Source of the DNA: Candidatus Bathyarchaeota archaeon
Lineage (GTDB): Archaea; Thermoproteota; Bathyarchaeia; Bathyarchaeales; Bathycorpusculaceae
Direction of reading: 5' to 3'
Assembly (NCBI GenBank): GCA_963827165.1
Contig: CAWGZR010000006.1
Span: forward strand, 64,001 to 128,000
Length of the DNA stretch: 64,000 bases
Shown here: one piece after another, positions 20,236 to 29,535 of the stretch
Position numbering within the stretch: the first letter of the stretch is position 1
Layout: each line of letters opens with the position of its first letter
Notes under the pieces: generated by a model
Told to the model about the DNA's origin: nothing
The model's input: only the letters and a program-made list of their open reading frames with translations
Database searches by the model: none
Made by a program: the position numbers and the translations under genes

Positions 20236-21751
20236 CTAAAGCGGTTCTACATCTAATGTTTCTTCGTTACTGCCTACTCGCACGTTTTTGAGAAGATACA
20301 TAAGCTTATTTGAGAGTTCTCGGGAAACAGGAAGCGGTTTCTTGCCGAATTGGGAGATTTGTCTGAAAGTCTCAACTTTCCAGTAATTACGCATTATTTG
20401 TTTTCCCATGGTTGAAATCTGGTATGCACTCAACCATTTGGATCGCATCACAACAGTTTCCGATGTATAATTGGACCAATCATTACTTACAATTAGCTTT
20501 TGTTCCTGCGCTATTCTGCTAAGGCTTGTTCCCGGGTAAGGAGTTAAGTAACTCCAGTGAACTCTATCAGGAGCTAATTCTTCCACAAAACAAGCGGTCT
20601 TTCTCATGCTTTCAATAGTTTCACTAGGCCAACCAAAAACTATGTGACCCACCGAGCTTATTTTAAATTCTTTTGTTAAATTGAAAGCTTTTCGGGTGAT
20701 ATCCAGATTAGATTTAGGTTTTGCAACACTGATAAGACTTTCGTCACCCGTTTCCACACCAAGTTGAATAGATTTACATCCAGCTTTTTTCATCTTCTCA
20801 AGAATGGCTCGATTGAGGTTATCGAGGCGCGCTTCACAAAACCAGGGCAATTCAATTTTTCTCTCAATTATCATATCACATATTTTGGCAGCACGTTTTT
20901 CAAAGATTGGAAAAGATTGATCTCTGAACATGAATCCTTCAACATTTCGTGAAGACAGATATTCAATTTCACCTACAATGTCTTCAGATGAACGCCCTTC
21001 CCACTGGTTTCCGAAGCCTATCGGATAAGGACAGTAATAGCACATTGATGCGCATCCAATAGCGCCTACAATTGGTATGTAGCTGTAACGAATTCCATCT
21101 GTGTCCTTGAATCGTTCGTACCCATTCAAATCCAACTCTTCATACCGTGGAAACGGCAGACCAACGAGACTTTTAGTGCAGCCTCCAGTACTCGCAAAGA
21201 TTTGGCCACCTTTTAAGAAAGACACACAAGGAATATTGTCAAGTTCCGTTCCCTGTTCAAGGGCGTCGATGAGTTGATTAAGGTTAGCGACGTATGGATA
21301 TCTACTGGTTGACAATAAGTCAACTTTGCTTTTTCCAAGAATTTCCTGTTGTAGAACATGACATGAAGTCCCAACACAAACAAGGGTCGTACTTGGAAGG
21401 GCGTCTTTGATTGCGTTAAGGAGAGTCAGGTCTCCTCGCAGCGAAGGAAGCCCTATTTGAGAGATAATAAGGTTAGGATTCTTTTTCTCTACGATTTGAA
21501 GAGTTCCTTGTTGGTTCAGCTTGGATTTTTGTCCATCCAATATGCTGAACTCGCAATTTCGTTGATGTAAAATTGATGAGGCGTAAGCCTAGAAATGGAT
21601 AAAAGAATGGGTCACCGCTCTGGCCATACCCTTTCCTGTTGTTCGGTATTGCTGTACCAAAACCACCTGCCCAGTCTCGACACACGTCCATATGAGAAGG
21701 ACTGGGAGGATTCAATAACATGACCTTAAGCTCTTTTTTCAAATATATCAC
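20236..21751 (-). pseudogene. B12-binding radical SAM protein split by a 1-nt frameshift near 21588
   Basis: N-part LLNPP...DWAGGFG...YPFL joins AYASSILHQRNCEFSILDGQ if one G of CTAGGCTTAC is removed; CASMCYYC (CxxxCxxC), GVETG, TPYPGT. Confidence 0.85.
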
Positions 21752-21803
21752 TTCACGTTGAGGATATTTTTAACAGTGATCAGACCCTTCATTGATATCG
21801 TTT

Positions 21804-22709
21804 CTATTGTTTTGTCTCTTTTGATGTCAAGGTTTTAACGGGATGAAATATGCCTGCTTTTTCATTAGAGCAGATGTCTTCTTCGGACCAAATCGGTCGA
21901 TATCTGAAGAATGGAAAGTTCAGCTTACTGACTTTGAATCCGAGATTAGTCAGAACAGTTGGAAGTCTCATTTCAGATTGGCAATAAAATTCTGCAGAGG
22001 ATGTTTGGTCGAGTTCTCTAAGTTTTTCAAGGACGCTGCGCGAGAGCAGGTTTCCAGAGAAAATGCTGCGGTAAAGGTTTGTTGATAGCCTCCTTCGTTT
22101 TAACCATCTTTTCATAACCTGGCTGCATTTCGGAGGAAAGTTGTAAAAATACCAGTTGGGAGTTGCTTCGCTGTAGTCGACAAAACATGCGTCGTAGGAT
22201 TTTGCGTAGTTTCCATATATTTCTTCTAGTGGTTTGGTTGTGAAGATATCGAACTCGTAGAAAATCAAATAGTCAAAGTCAAGTTGCTTTCCTAAAGTGT
22301 TAAACCACCGCATAATTACGTAATCTAAGTTCCAGAGCAATAGAGGAGTGTAGTCGGCGTACAAGGTTTGAGGGCACTCTTGCTTGGTCTTATAATGTAA
22401 TTCAATCTGCTTGTTGTGTCCAGTAAGATTGACCACTTTTTCGTTGATTATATTGGATAATTTGAAAACGCCTGGCGCCCCTAAGACCATGGAATTGATT
22501 GAGTGCGCGACTGGCCCAATTAGTCGTAAACTTCCCGTTGAGCCAAACATGTTCTCATCAACAATCATAGGCAAATACAGTAGCTGTCGTGTTCCAACCG
22601 CCGGAATAAACAGGACATCGGGGTTCATAACACGGAGCCTTCGCAATCGCAACATTGCCATTGTGGATTGTGATTCAGAAAACAGGTAAAAAGCAGCAAA
22701 TTTGCCCAC
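21804..22709 (-). CDS. Putative GT-A-like glycan-modifying protein (DUF3405-like)
   Basis: DYLIFYEFDI, EMRLPT and the C-terminal IFHPVK motif; cluster context. Confidence 0.5.
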   Translation of the reverse strand: MGKFAAFYLFSESQSTMAMLRLRRLRVMNPDVLFIPAVGTRQLLYLPMIVDENMFGSTGSLRLIGPVAHSINSMVLGAPGVFKLSNIINEKVVNLTGHNKQIELHYKTKQECPQTLYADYTPLLLWNLDYVIMRWFNTLGKQLDFDYLIFYEFDIFTTKPLEEIYGNYAKSYDACFVDYSEATPNWYFYNFPPKCSQVMKRWLKRRRLSTNLYRSIFSGNLLSRSVLEKLRELDQTSSAEFYCQSEMRLPTVLTNLGFKVSKLNFPFFRYRPIWSEEDICSNEKAGIFHPVKTLTSKETKQ

Positions 22710-22813
22710 TTATAATCAACTTCCCAAATTAATGTTTTCAATTCGAGATCAGAATAATTGCGATTGAGCTCTGAAAATCCAAATGTGAGAGGACAGTAAT
22801 ATCAAAATACTAA

Positions 22814-23413
22814 TCAAACGGTTTGAGTTAGGTTCAGCTGAAGGCTAACGTAGCGATTGTTGTATTGAATTGTATTGGTCTGTGCATTGTAAATCCACAG
22901 CTCGAACAAAAGCTGATATGGGAACATGGTACTATTTGAGTCCCATGCAGCGGGCTTGTTTATGGTAAATGCAACATCGTTTATCGTTAAAACGTTAACA
23001 AGAGCTTGGTTTTCAGAAAACGTGGCTGAAGAGACCGAAAAATTCATCAAGCTCTCCCAGTTGTCGCCATTATGAAGAAAAAACGCGTACTCATACAGTG
23101 GCGAAACTGAACTTGGAGTTCCTGTCGCCGGATTTGGGTAAAGATCGGTTTGATTTTTCAACTTTACATACAATACGTAGTAGGCCGACGAACCCAACTG
23201 ATTTGTGACGCCAACGTATAAGGAATTGTTGTGGCCAACGGCAATATTGAACGGGTAATTCTCCATAGTATGTCCTGGTCCCAAAAGAGACAACTCGGAA
23301 AATTTCTCGCCCTCAGGAATGGGTATAACAATGCTGAGGGCAGGGGTGGCAATGAGTAAAACTCCAATTAAACCCATCACAACAAAAATGAGTTTATACT
23401 CTCCAATCTTCAT
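22814..23413 (-). CDS. DUF1616 extracytoplasmic half with N-terminal TM anchor
   Basis: EKFSELSLLGPGHTMENYPFNI, GVTN, LLFELWIY, LQLN. Confidence 0.75.
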   Translation of the reverse strand: MKIGEYKLIFVVMGLIGVLLIATPALSIVIPIPEGEKFSELSLLGPGHTMENYPFNIAVGHNNSLYVGVTNQLGSSAYYVLYVKLKNQTDLYPNPATGTPSSVSPLYEYAFFLHNGDNWESLMNFSVSSATFSENQALVNVLTINDVAFTINKPAAWDSNSTMFPYQLLFELWIYNAQTNTIQYNNRYVSLQLNLTQTV

Positions 23414-23916
23414 TAGCGATGCACCTCGGGTTTTGCTTCCAATAAGCTCTTAAGGTATCTCTGCTTTAGCCTGCGCCAAACTAAAAACAGCACCAAAACG
23501 AATACTATTGCACCAATGACTGTAAATACTATAATACGCCAGAAAGCATTTTTACCGGAAACCGAAGCAGTTTGCGTGGCATCTTGGGCGGAAACGGTGA
23601 CTTCTTGGGCAATCGGGAGTACGCTTTCTGCCTTGGTTGCCGCTGCATTGGAATCACCAGCCCTATAAGAATTTTCTGCTTGAACCAAGTCGCCCGCTGC
23701 AACATTCAGTTGAGCAAGTAATCCAGTAACGTTTGCACCCGCGTTTTCAGCACCCAGAACAGCATTGAAAGCCTGCTCAAGAGCAGTATTAGCCGCCTGC
23801 AACTTCGACGCAGTTTGATCACTTTGCGCAAAAACACAGTGCCTACCGTAGAGACAAGAGCTAAACGCCAAGAACACAAACAGGACAATCATAAAAAGTT
23901 TACAATTGGCGTTAAT
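23413..23916 (-). CDS. Signal peptide, Ala-rich helical domain and C-terminal TM (start ATG 23892 or ATT 23916)
   Basis: Its stop overlaps the next start (TAATG); helical AEnAGANVT motif; GGAGG 9 nt upstream of an in-frame ATT. Confidence 0.75.
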   Translation of the reverse strand: MNANCKLFMIVLFVFLAFSSCLYGRHCVFAQSDQTASKLQAANTALEQAFNAVLGAENAGANVTGLLAQLNVAAGDLVQAENSYRAGDSNAAATKAESVLPIAQEVTVSAQDATQTASVSGKNAFWRIIVFTVIGAIVFVLVLFLVWRRLKQRYLKSLLEAKPEVHR

Positions 23917-24225
23917 TTGTTGCCGCCTCCAAACTAAATGCCACTTTAAGCCAAGGTTATTTTTGCGTCCAAGTATAGGCAGAGTCTTTAGAGGGATTCA
24001 AGTTTGTCGTTAATTTTTTAGGGCGATTATATCCGTCTATCGGCCATAAACAAGTTTTTCTTGTGCCAAGAATTCTTGATAGTTGTAGTCACTTCGTAAG
24101 TGTAACCGTTAAATGCGAGAGCGATTACTCCACTTCTAACGCTGGCCGAGATTTGAGAGAATTTTGGAACTTTGGTTACTTGGACACTATTTTGGTTGGA
24201 TAGCACCGGCATTTGTAGCTGACCA

Positions 24226-24861
24226 CTAGCTTATTTGTGAAAGTCTGTCAACGTATCTTATTACTTCGTAAGCCTCAGCTGCGTGAAGGTTAACTTGGCT
24301 TCCTCGGAAAGCGGATAGATTTACCATTGATTCGTAGTTAAGATACCTTTTTGATTTCTGAGTAAGATGACATTGTAGCGCTTCCCATTTAAACTGAATA
24401 AAATCTGATATATCTACAAAATAGTTTGGAGCGAAGTGCCCCATAACTCTAGGAGTCTCATATGCAAGTAACTTTGAAACATTTCTGAATGCAGATAAAG
24501 ATAGCCAAGCTATTTGGCGATGGTCCTGATGAGTATCATTGGTTGTATGAGTTAAAACTGTGTCTGGTTTGTATTTGTCATAAAAGTCCTCTAAAAATTT
24601 GATTGCCTCATGCGAATTAGGAATTTCGGTATCTTTAAAGTCCCCGAAAAAAACATCTTTTACACCAAGAATTGATAGGGCTTTTTTGCTTTCGCACATT
24701 CGTACCTTGGGATCGCCGCTTTTTTCGCCTTTCGTCAAATAGACTGCAATTACTTTTTTTCCTGTAGCCGAAGCAGCACTTATGGTTCCTCCACAGCCTA
24801 GTTCGATATCGTCAGGATGGGCGCCTACCGCAATCAAGACATTCGATCTTAAGACCACCAT
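24226..24861 (-). CDS. PIG-L/LmbE family deacetylase
   Basis: GAHPDDIELGCGG, DTHQDH, AEAY. Confidence 0.92.
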   Translation of the reverse strand: MVVLRSNVLIAVGAHPDDIELGCGGTISAASATGKKVIAVYLTKGEKSGDPKVRMCESKKALSILGVKDVFFGDFKDTEIPNSHEAIKFLEDFYDKYKPDTVLTHTTNDTHQDHRQIAWLSLSAFRNVSKLLAYETPRVMGHFAPNYFVDISDFIQFKWEALQCHLTQKSKRYLNYESMVNLSAFRGSQVNLHAAEAYEVIRYVDRLSQIS

Positions 24862-25027
24862 TCAACACCTCAGAATATTTTCACTCAATAGTTTATATAT
24901 GATTCCTTTGATACTGCAAGTAAATTTCCTTATCTGATAGATATTTCACTTGTTCATAAAAAGTCATTTTGAACTTTAAATTAACAATTGTTAACAATAC
25001 TGGAAAGCACGAGCGGGTAATTCTGTG

Positions 25028-25741
25028 TCAGTTTCCTTTGATATTTGTTTCAGAAGTCCTCTGGGGCACCCAGTCTTCTCCTCCGTGACAAAAAAGATAA
25101 TCAACTATAGAAAGATTGGGCACAAAGGTTCCATATAATTGGGTGTAGACGGGATAATGAAAGTCTTGAAAGACCACTTTGATTCCTGCGTTCTCCAAAA
25201 GGGGGATGTCTAAGTAGACTCGCCCACCAATTCCTGAAAGATAAGTGTCAGCTCCAACTGCTTTACATTGGGATAGAATCATATCAGATGATTTTCCCGA
25301 AACATTTAATGTTGAAGCCATTACTAATGAAGTCTTTATCCTAAGAAAATTCATTATGCCCTTTATGAGGTGCAGGTTTAGCTCCATAAGAGATTCCCAC
25401 TTTTGGCGATAAGCCTGCTCGAAAAAATCGCAATATTGCTTCCAATAAGGCGCCGCCTCATAGTTTAATTCAAGAACCCGCCAGTGGTGCAATCCCCACT
25501 CCGACTCTAAGCGTTTAGCAATTCTAATTTCCTTAATTGGCAAGGTCTCGCCTACATGTTCGATTGGAACGCTCAACCATGTAGCGCCTTTGACCGTTTT
25601 TATTTGATTTCTATTTTGAAAATCGTGTCTTTCGTATTGAACATCATCTTGAATTACAAAGATGTCACATTGAGACATTTTATCAAAAAAACCGAGATAC
25701 GGCAAATAGTTTGGTTGATGCCCAGATGTAATCATTTTCAT
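25028..25741 (-). CDS. WbqC family protein
   Basis: HQPNYLPYLGFFDK, DDVQY, NRNQIK, YLSGIGG, PNLSIVDYLF. Confidence 0.92.
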   Translation of the reverse strand: MKMITSGHQPNYLPYLGFFDKMSQCDIFVIQDDVQYERHDFQNRNQIKTVKGATWLSVPIEHVGETLPIKEIRIAKRLESEWGLHHWRVLELNYEAAPYWKQYCDFFEQAYRQKWESLMELNLHLIKGIMNFLRIKTSLVMASTLNVSGKSSDMILSQCKAVGADTYLSGIGGRVYLDIPLLENAGIKVVFQDFHYPVYTQLYGTFVPNLSIVDYLFCHGGEDWVPQRTSETNIKGN

Positions 25742-25778
25742 TACTTCCTTCTCAAGGGAACCGCAGAAAAAGAGGTGG

Positions 25779-26918
25779 TTACTTTGTTTTTGAGGCTTTA
25801 ATGCAATTGTCAAGAGCCTTAGTTATGTGGGGTACGCTTTCTTTGGCTATCGCGACGTGCAATGGCAAGCAGATTACTCTTGGCAAAACATCCTCTGCAA
25901 CTGGGAACATGCCTTCGCTGGTTCCAAAGTTTTCTCTGTAATAGGGGTGAAGGTGAACTGGTGGATAGTAGAGATGCCCTGTTTCAATGTTGTATTCTTC
26001 TCTCAGCATCTTGCTGACTTTTTCTACGTTGATACCTTTGTTAAGCTTTACGGTGTATTTGTAGTAGCTATGCCTTATCCCAGATGGTTCCATGATTGGA
26101 GAAACACCATCCACTTTATGCAAACATTCATTATAAATCTGAGCAAGTTCATTTCGGCGAGTAACAAAAAACTCCAAATTCTCCAATTGATGTTCGCCAA
26201 GTATAGCATTGATCTCACTCGTGCACCAATTGTGGCCAAAGGTCACCATGAGTGATTGCGAGTTCTGGCCATGATTTCGCATCATGCGAGCAGCTTCCGC
26301 TAAACCAGAATTATCGGTAGTTATCATTCCACCTTCACCCGTAGTCATTATCTTTGTTGGATAAAATGAGAAACAACCTGCATCGCTCAAAGCACCAGCT
26401 TTTAGACCATCAATCATAGCGCCATGCGCGTGAGCACAATCTTCGATAAGAAACAAGCCGTGATCTTTACATAATTTGGAAAGCTGATGGATTTGGGGAC
26501 ACACTAAGCCAGCTATATGAACTACGATAACTCCAACGGTTTTTGGCGAAATTCGACGTTCAATGTCGACTGGATCGATGCATAATGTGTCTTCTCGCAT
26601 GTCTGCAAAGACTGGCTTTCCTCCAGCGAACAAAACTGAGTTAGCAGTAGCTATGAAAGTGTTGGCGGGGACTATAACTTCAGCGTTTTTTACACCGAAA
26701 TATCGGAGGGCAATTTCAAGGTTTGAAGTGCCCGAATTAACAGCAACCGCATGTTTAGTTTGTATATAGTCAGCAAACTTTCGCTCAAATTCTTTAACAT
26801 GTGGTCCGTTTGTTAACAAGCCACTTCTCAGCGTTGACGCCATGTCAGATAGGATTTTTTGGATACTTTCTTCATCAAAAACAGGGAAAGCTGTTCGATA
26901 TACCGCATTTTCTTTCAT
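25779..26918 (-). CDS. DegT/DnrJ/EryC1/StrS sugar aminotransferase
   Basis: VNSGT, IEDCAHAHG, FSFYPTKIMTTGEGG (PLP lysine). Confidence 0.95.
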   Translation of the reverse strand: MKENAVYRTAFPVFDEESIQKILSDMASTLRSGLLTNGPHVKEFERKFADYIQTKHAVAVNSGTSNLEIALRYFGVKNAEVIVPANTFIATANSVLFAGGKPVFADMREDTLCIDPVDIERRISPKTVGVIVVHIAGLVCPQIHQLSKLCKDHGLFLIEDCAHAHGAMIDGLKAGALSDAGCFSFYPTKIMTTGEGGMITTDNSGLAEAARMMRNHGQNSQSLMVTFGHNWCTSEINAILGEHQLENLEFFVTRRNELAQIYNECLHKVDGVSPIMEPSGIRHSYYKYTVKLNKGINVEKVSKMLREEYNIETGHLYYPPVHLHPYYRENFGTSEGMFPVAEDVLPRVICLPLHVAIAKESVPHITKALDNCIKASKTK

Positions 26919-27431
26919 AATAAACTCCGACCATTATTTTGTAATTTTCATTGTGTAACATTATTTAATTTGAGTCTATATTATCAACAAACCATACTAA
27001 ATCGGCAGAACAAGCGTGATTTGTTCTGCAACAGAGATGTGATCTTCGATAGTCACATACTTATAAAAACATTAATCTTTGATAGATATAACTCTTATTC
27101 CGAAGAAGAATACCATCATTCTTAACAACAAACGTCAATAGCTAAAATTCTTATTGTGATAAAAGGTTTCCAATAATGAATCCCTCTTTGACAAGAGCAG
27201 ATAAGCAATGGCGCGCCTAATCAGTAAAGCGCACTCTTTATCACAACATCAAATACGTTCTGAATATTCCTTAATAAAACCTAGGTAACGAAATATAGGA
27301 CAGAACTGCTATAATTGTTGAAATCCAAATAGATCTGCTTCACTTGTCAGATTAAGTCTTAATTTTTGGGTTATCTGACGTAAATTCAGGGCACTTACAT
27401 TAAAATTGTCTTGCAACGCTAAGAATTACAT

Positions 27432-28133
27432 TTAATACTTTGTTTCTAAGATTATGCGCTTCAAAATTTCAGCGCCGTTTTTAACGCCAAGCTTTTTCTC
27501 GCCTAATCTTTCTCGATACCGAATTGGAATCTCCACAATGCCAAAACCCTCCCGCTCGACATAATGATTAAGCTCTACCTCAATATCAAAACCCTTAGAC
27601 TTAACCGTCCAGTTCCGAAGAATGCTCGCACGTACCACACGCAAACCCGTCAACGGATCAGCCAACTGGACCCCATTAAAAAAGTTGTGAGTAAACGCAA
27701 TAAGCTTATTCCCAAAATAAAAAACGTTATGCAACGCCTTACCATCAACATGACCGTTAAACCTATTACCACAAACCATGCCTATATCAGGATTCTCCTC
27801 TAGTACCTGAATCATCTCAGGAACGTATTCAGCTGGATAAGTGTAGTCTGCATCAGTAATAACAACATAATCAACCATTGAATCCAAGTTCTTAACTGCC
27901 TTCGCCAACGCATCTCCTTTACCCAATCCATCTTGAAAAAGAACGTCTGCACCCTGGTCCTTTGCTACCTCAACAGTTCGATCACTGCTTCTGCCGTCTA
28001 CTACTAGAACATGCGGATTATTGAGGGTGTCAAAAATCTCGGCTATGGTGAGCCCTATCCCCTCTTCTTCATTCAACGCAGCTATAATAATCTGCGTAGA
28101 CGACACATGCTCGCTTCCTTTCTGTCCTTGCAA
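27432..28133 (-). CDS. GT2 dolichol-phosphate sugar synthase-like (DPM1-like)
   Basis: ALNEEEGI, VDGRSSDRT, GKG, TDADYTYP, GFDIEVE, YRERLGEKKL. Confidence 0.9.
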   Translation of the reverse strand: MQGQKGSEHVSSTQIIIAALNEEEGIGLTIAEIFDTLNNPHVLVVDGRSSDRTVEVAKDQGADVLFQDGLGKGDALAKAVKNLDSMVDYVVITDADYTYPAEYVPEMIQVLEENPDIGMVCGNRFNGHVDGKALHNVFYFGNKLIAFTHNFFNGVQLADPLTGLRVVRASILRNWTVKSKGFDIEVELNHYVEREGFGIVEIPIRYRERLGEKKLGVKNGAEILKRIILETKY

Positions 28134-28252
28134 TATTTCATCTTCTTTTTAAATTAAACCGCCCAAAAGCAGTCGTTAAAATTAACAGTTCAACGGCTAT
28201 TTAAAGAAGTATAAAAAAAACCGGAATATATCAAGACTCAAGCCCTAAATCG

Positions 28253-28582
28253 TTAACAATCAATAGAACTAAGCTCACGTTTCTCACATAGGTGAGACAG
28301 CTGCTCACGCTCAGAACTCAAAGCTTCTAGCCGTTCCTGGGCAGTGGTACAGCGTTCACGAAATCCACTGTACCGTTGAAGAAACTCTTGGCCGCGGTCA
28401 GTTACATAATAGATAGAACAGTTTACTTGAATAAAACCGGCGTTAACTGCAATATCCAAATATTTCTCAAGAAGCTTAAAACTTAGTTTTGCTGCAAACA
28501 TTATGCGCGTCTTGTTCGTACCTGAATTGGCGGCTTCCAGCACGGATGCAACAATACCCAATCGATCGCGATTCTTAACCAA
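28253..28582 (-). CDS. Archaeal winged-helix transcription regulator (HTH_45/ArnR1-like)
   Basis: RDRLGIVASVL, KTRIMFAAKLS, YL...GFI, YYVTDRGQEFL; GAGGGG upstream of TTG. Confidence 0.85.
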   Translation of the reverse strand: MVKNRDRLGIVASVLEAANSGTNKTRIMFAAKLSFKLLEKYLDIAVNAGFIQVNCSIYYVTDRGQEFLQRYSGFRERCTTAQERLEALSSEREQLSHLCEKRELSSIDC

Positions 28583-29114
28583 ACAAACCCCTCGACAAAT
28601 AATGTCAGTGTATAAAAAGGCTCAAAGCACAAGCAAAAGCCTTGCTAAGCAATCCCTTCCTGACGGAAGCAGATATGAAAAAAAAGAGCCTTAACTAGAC
28701 TGCGAATCCTTCGCTGTTATAATCCTCCACCTGTGAAGTAGCATTTTCAATAGAACTTCTTTTAAACTTTTCTATTTTGCATACGATGAACCGCTTGAAA
28801 AACAAGGAACCGAAAATAAGATTGACCCAAAAAAGCGCAAGGTGCCAAATGCAAACGCCGCTTGCAGCTAGCCATCTTTTATGATTGAACAACCGCTGGA
28901 TCGAAACCATTATTCTCAACTTTCTTAATTCTTGCTAAACAAGTAACTAAAAAAAGCATTTAAACCTTATTTCAAAAAACAAAACAAATCGAAAGAATTC
29001 TGGCAACGAACTTGTTAGAGGCCACCTTGCGATAGTTGAAAAGTAAACTTTGCTAAAGTTCAAAAACATGCATATAATCAACTCCAACTTGAAATGATAT
29101 GTCAATTACATAGC

Positions 29115-29336
29115 TTAGTCTGCTACTATTTCTTTTTGAGAGGGTATTACAAATAAATCGACGTTGTCCTGCCTTACGGTTTTGTTGACTGTTTTTTGCG
29201 GTTGTTTTGTTTTGGATTGTCTTGGTCTCCCCGCCAAATAAAGGCTCCATCCAGCGATAAAGATTATGATTATCATGGGTGCGAATAGGATTACCACGAG
29301 TTTGCTGCGCTTTTTTCTGGTCGTTGGTTTTGCCAA
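29115..29336 (-). CDS. Small single-TM protein
   Basis: Basic N-terminus, TM LVVILFAPMIIIIFIAGWSLYLAG, charged tail. Confidence 0.6.
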   Translation of the reverse strand: MAKPTTRKKRSKLVVILFAPMIIIIFIAGWSLYLAGRPRQSKTKQPQKTVNKTVRQDNVDLFVIPSQKEIVAD

Positions 29337-29535
29337 GCAAAGGCACTTTCCGCACTCTCATTACTTGATTCTTCAGATATAAACTTTCCTTGAATAGAGG
29401 TGAAACGCTCCCCGCAATGGATCCCGAACTATTATGTTCATTAGCAGGCTTGATTTGACAACTCTTTTGAGCACACACTTTGCAGCCTAACAATATTAAG
29501 GAAAGCTTTTATTCAAAACAAACAAACATCAATAT

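Noticed and set aside
21580-21600. Programmed frameshift or phase-variable tract in the rSAM gene
   Set aside because: No slippery heptamer or long homopolymer at the site, only GG.
24027-24212. 61-aa ORF after the PIG-L gene, and similarly 28695..28919
   Set aside because: Plausible position but no motif or paralog support; left uncalled.
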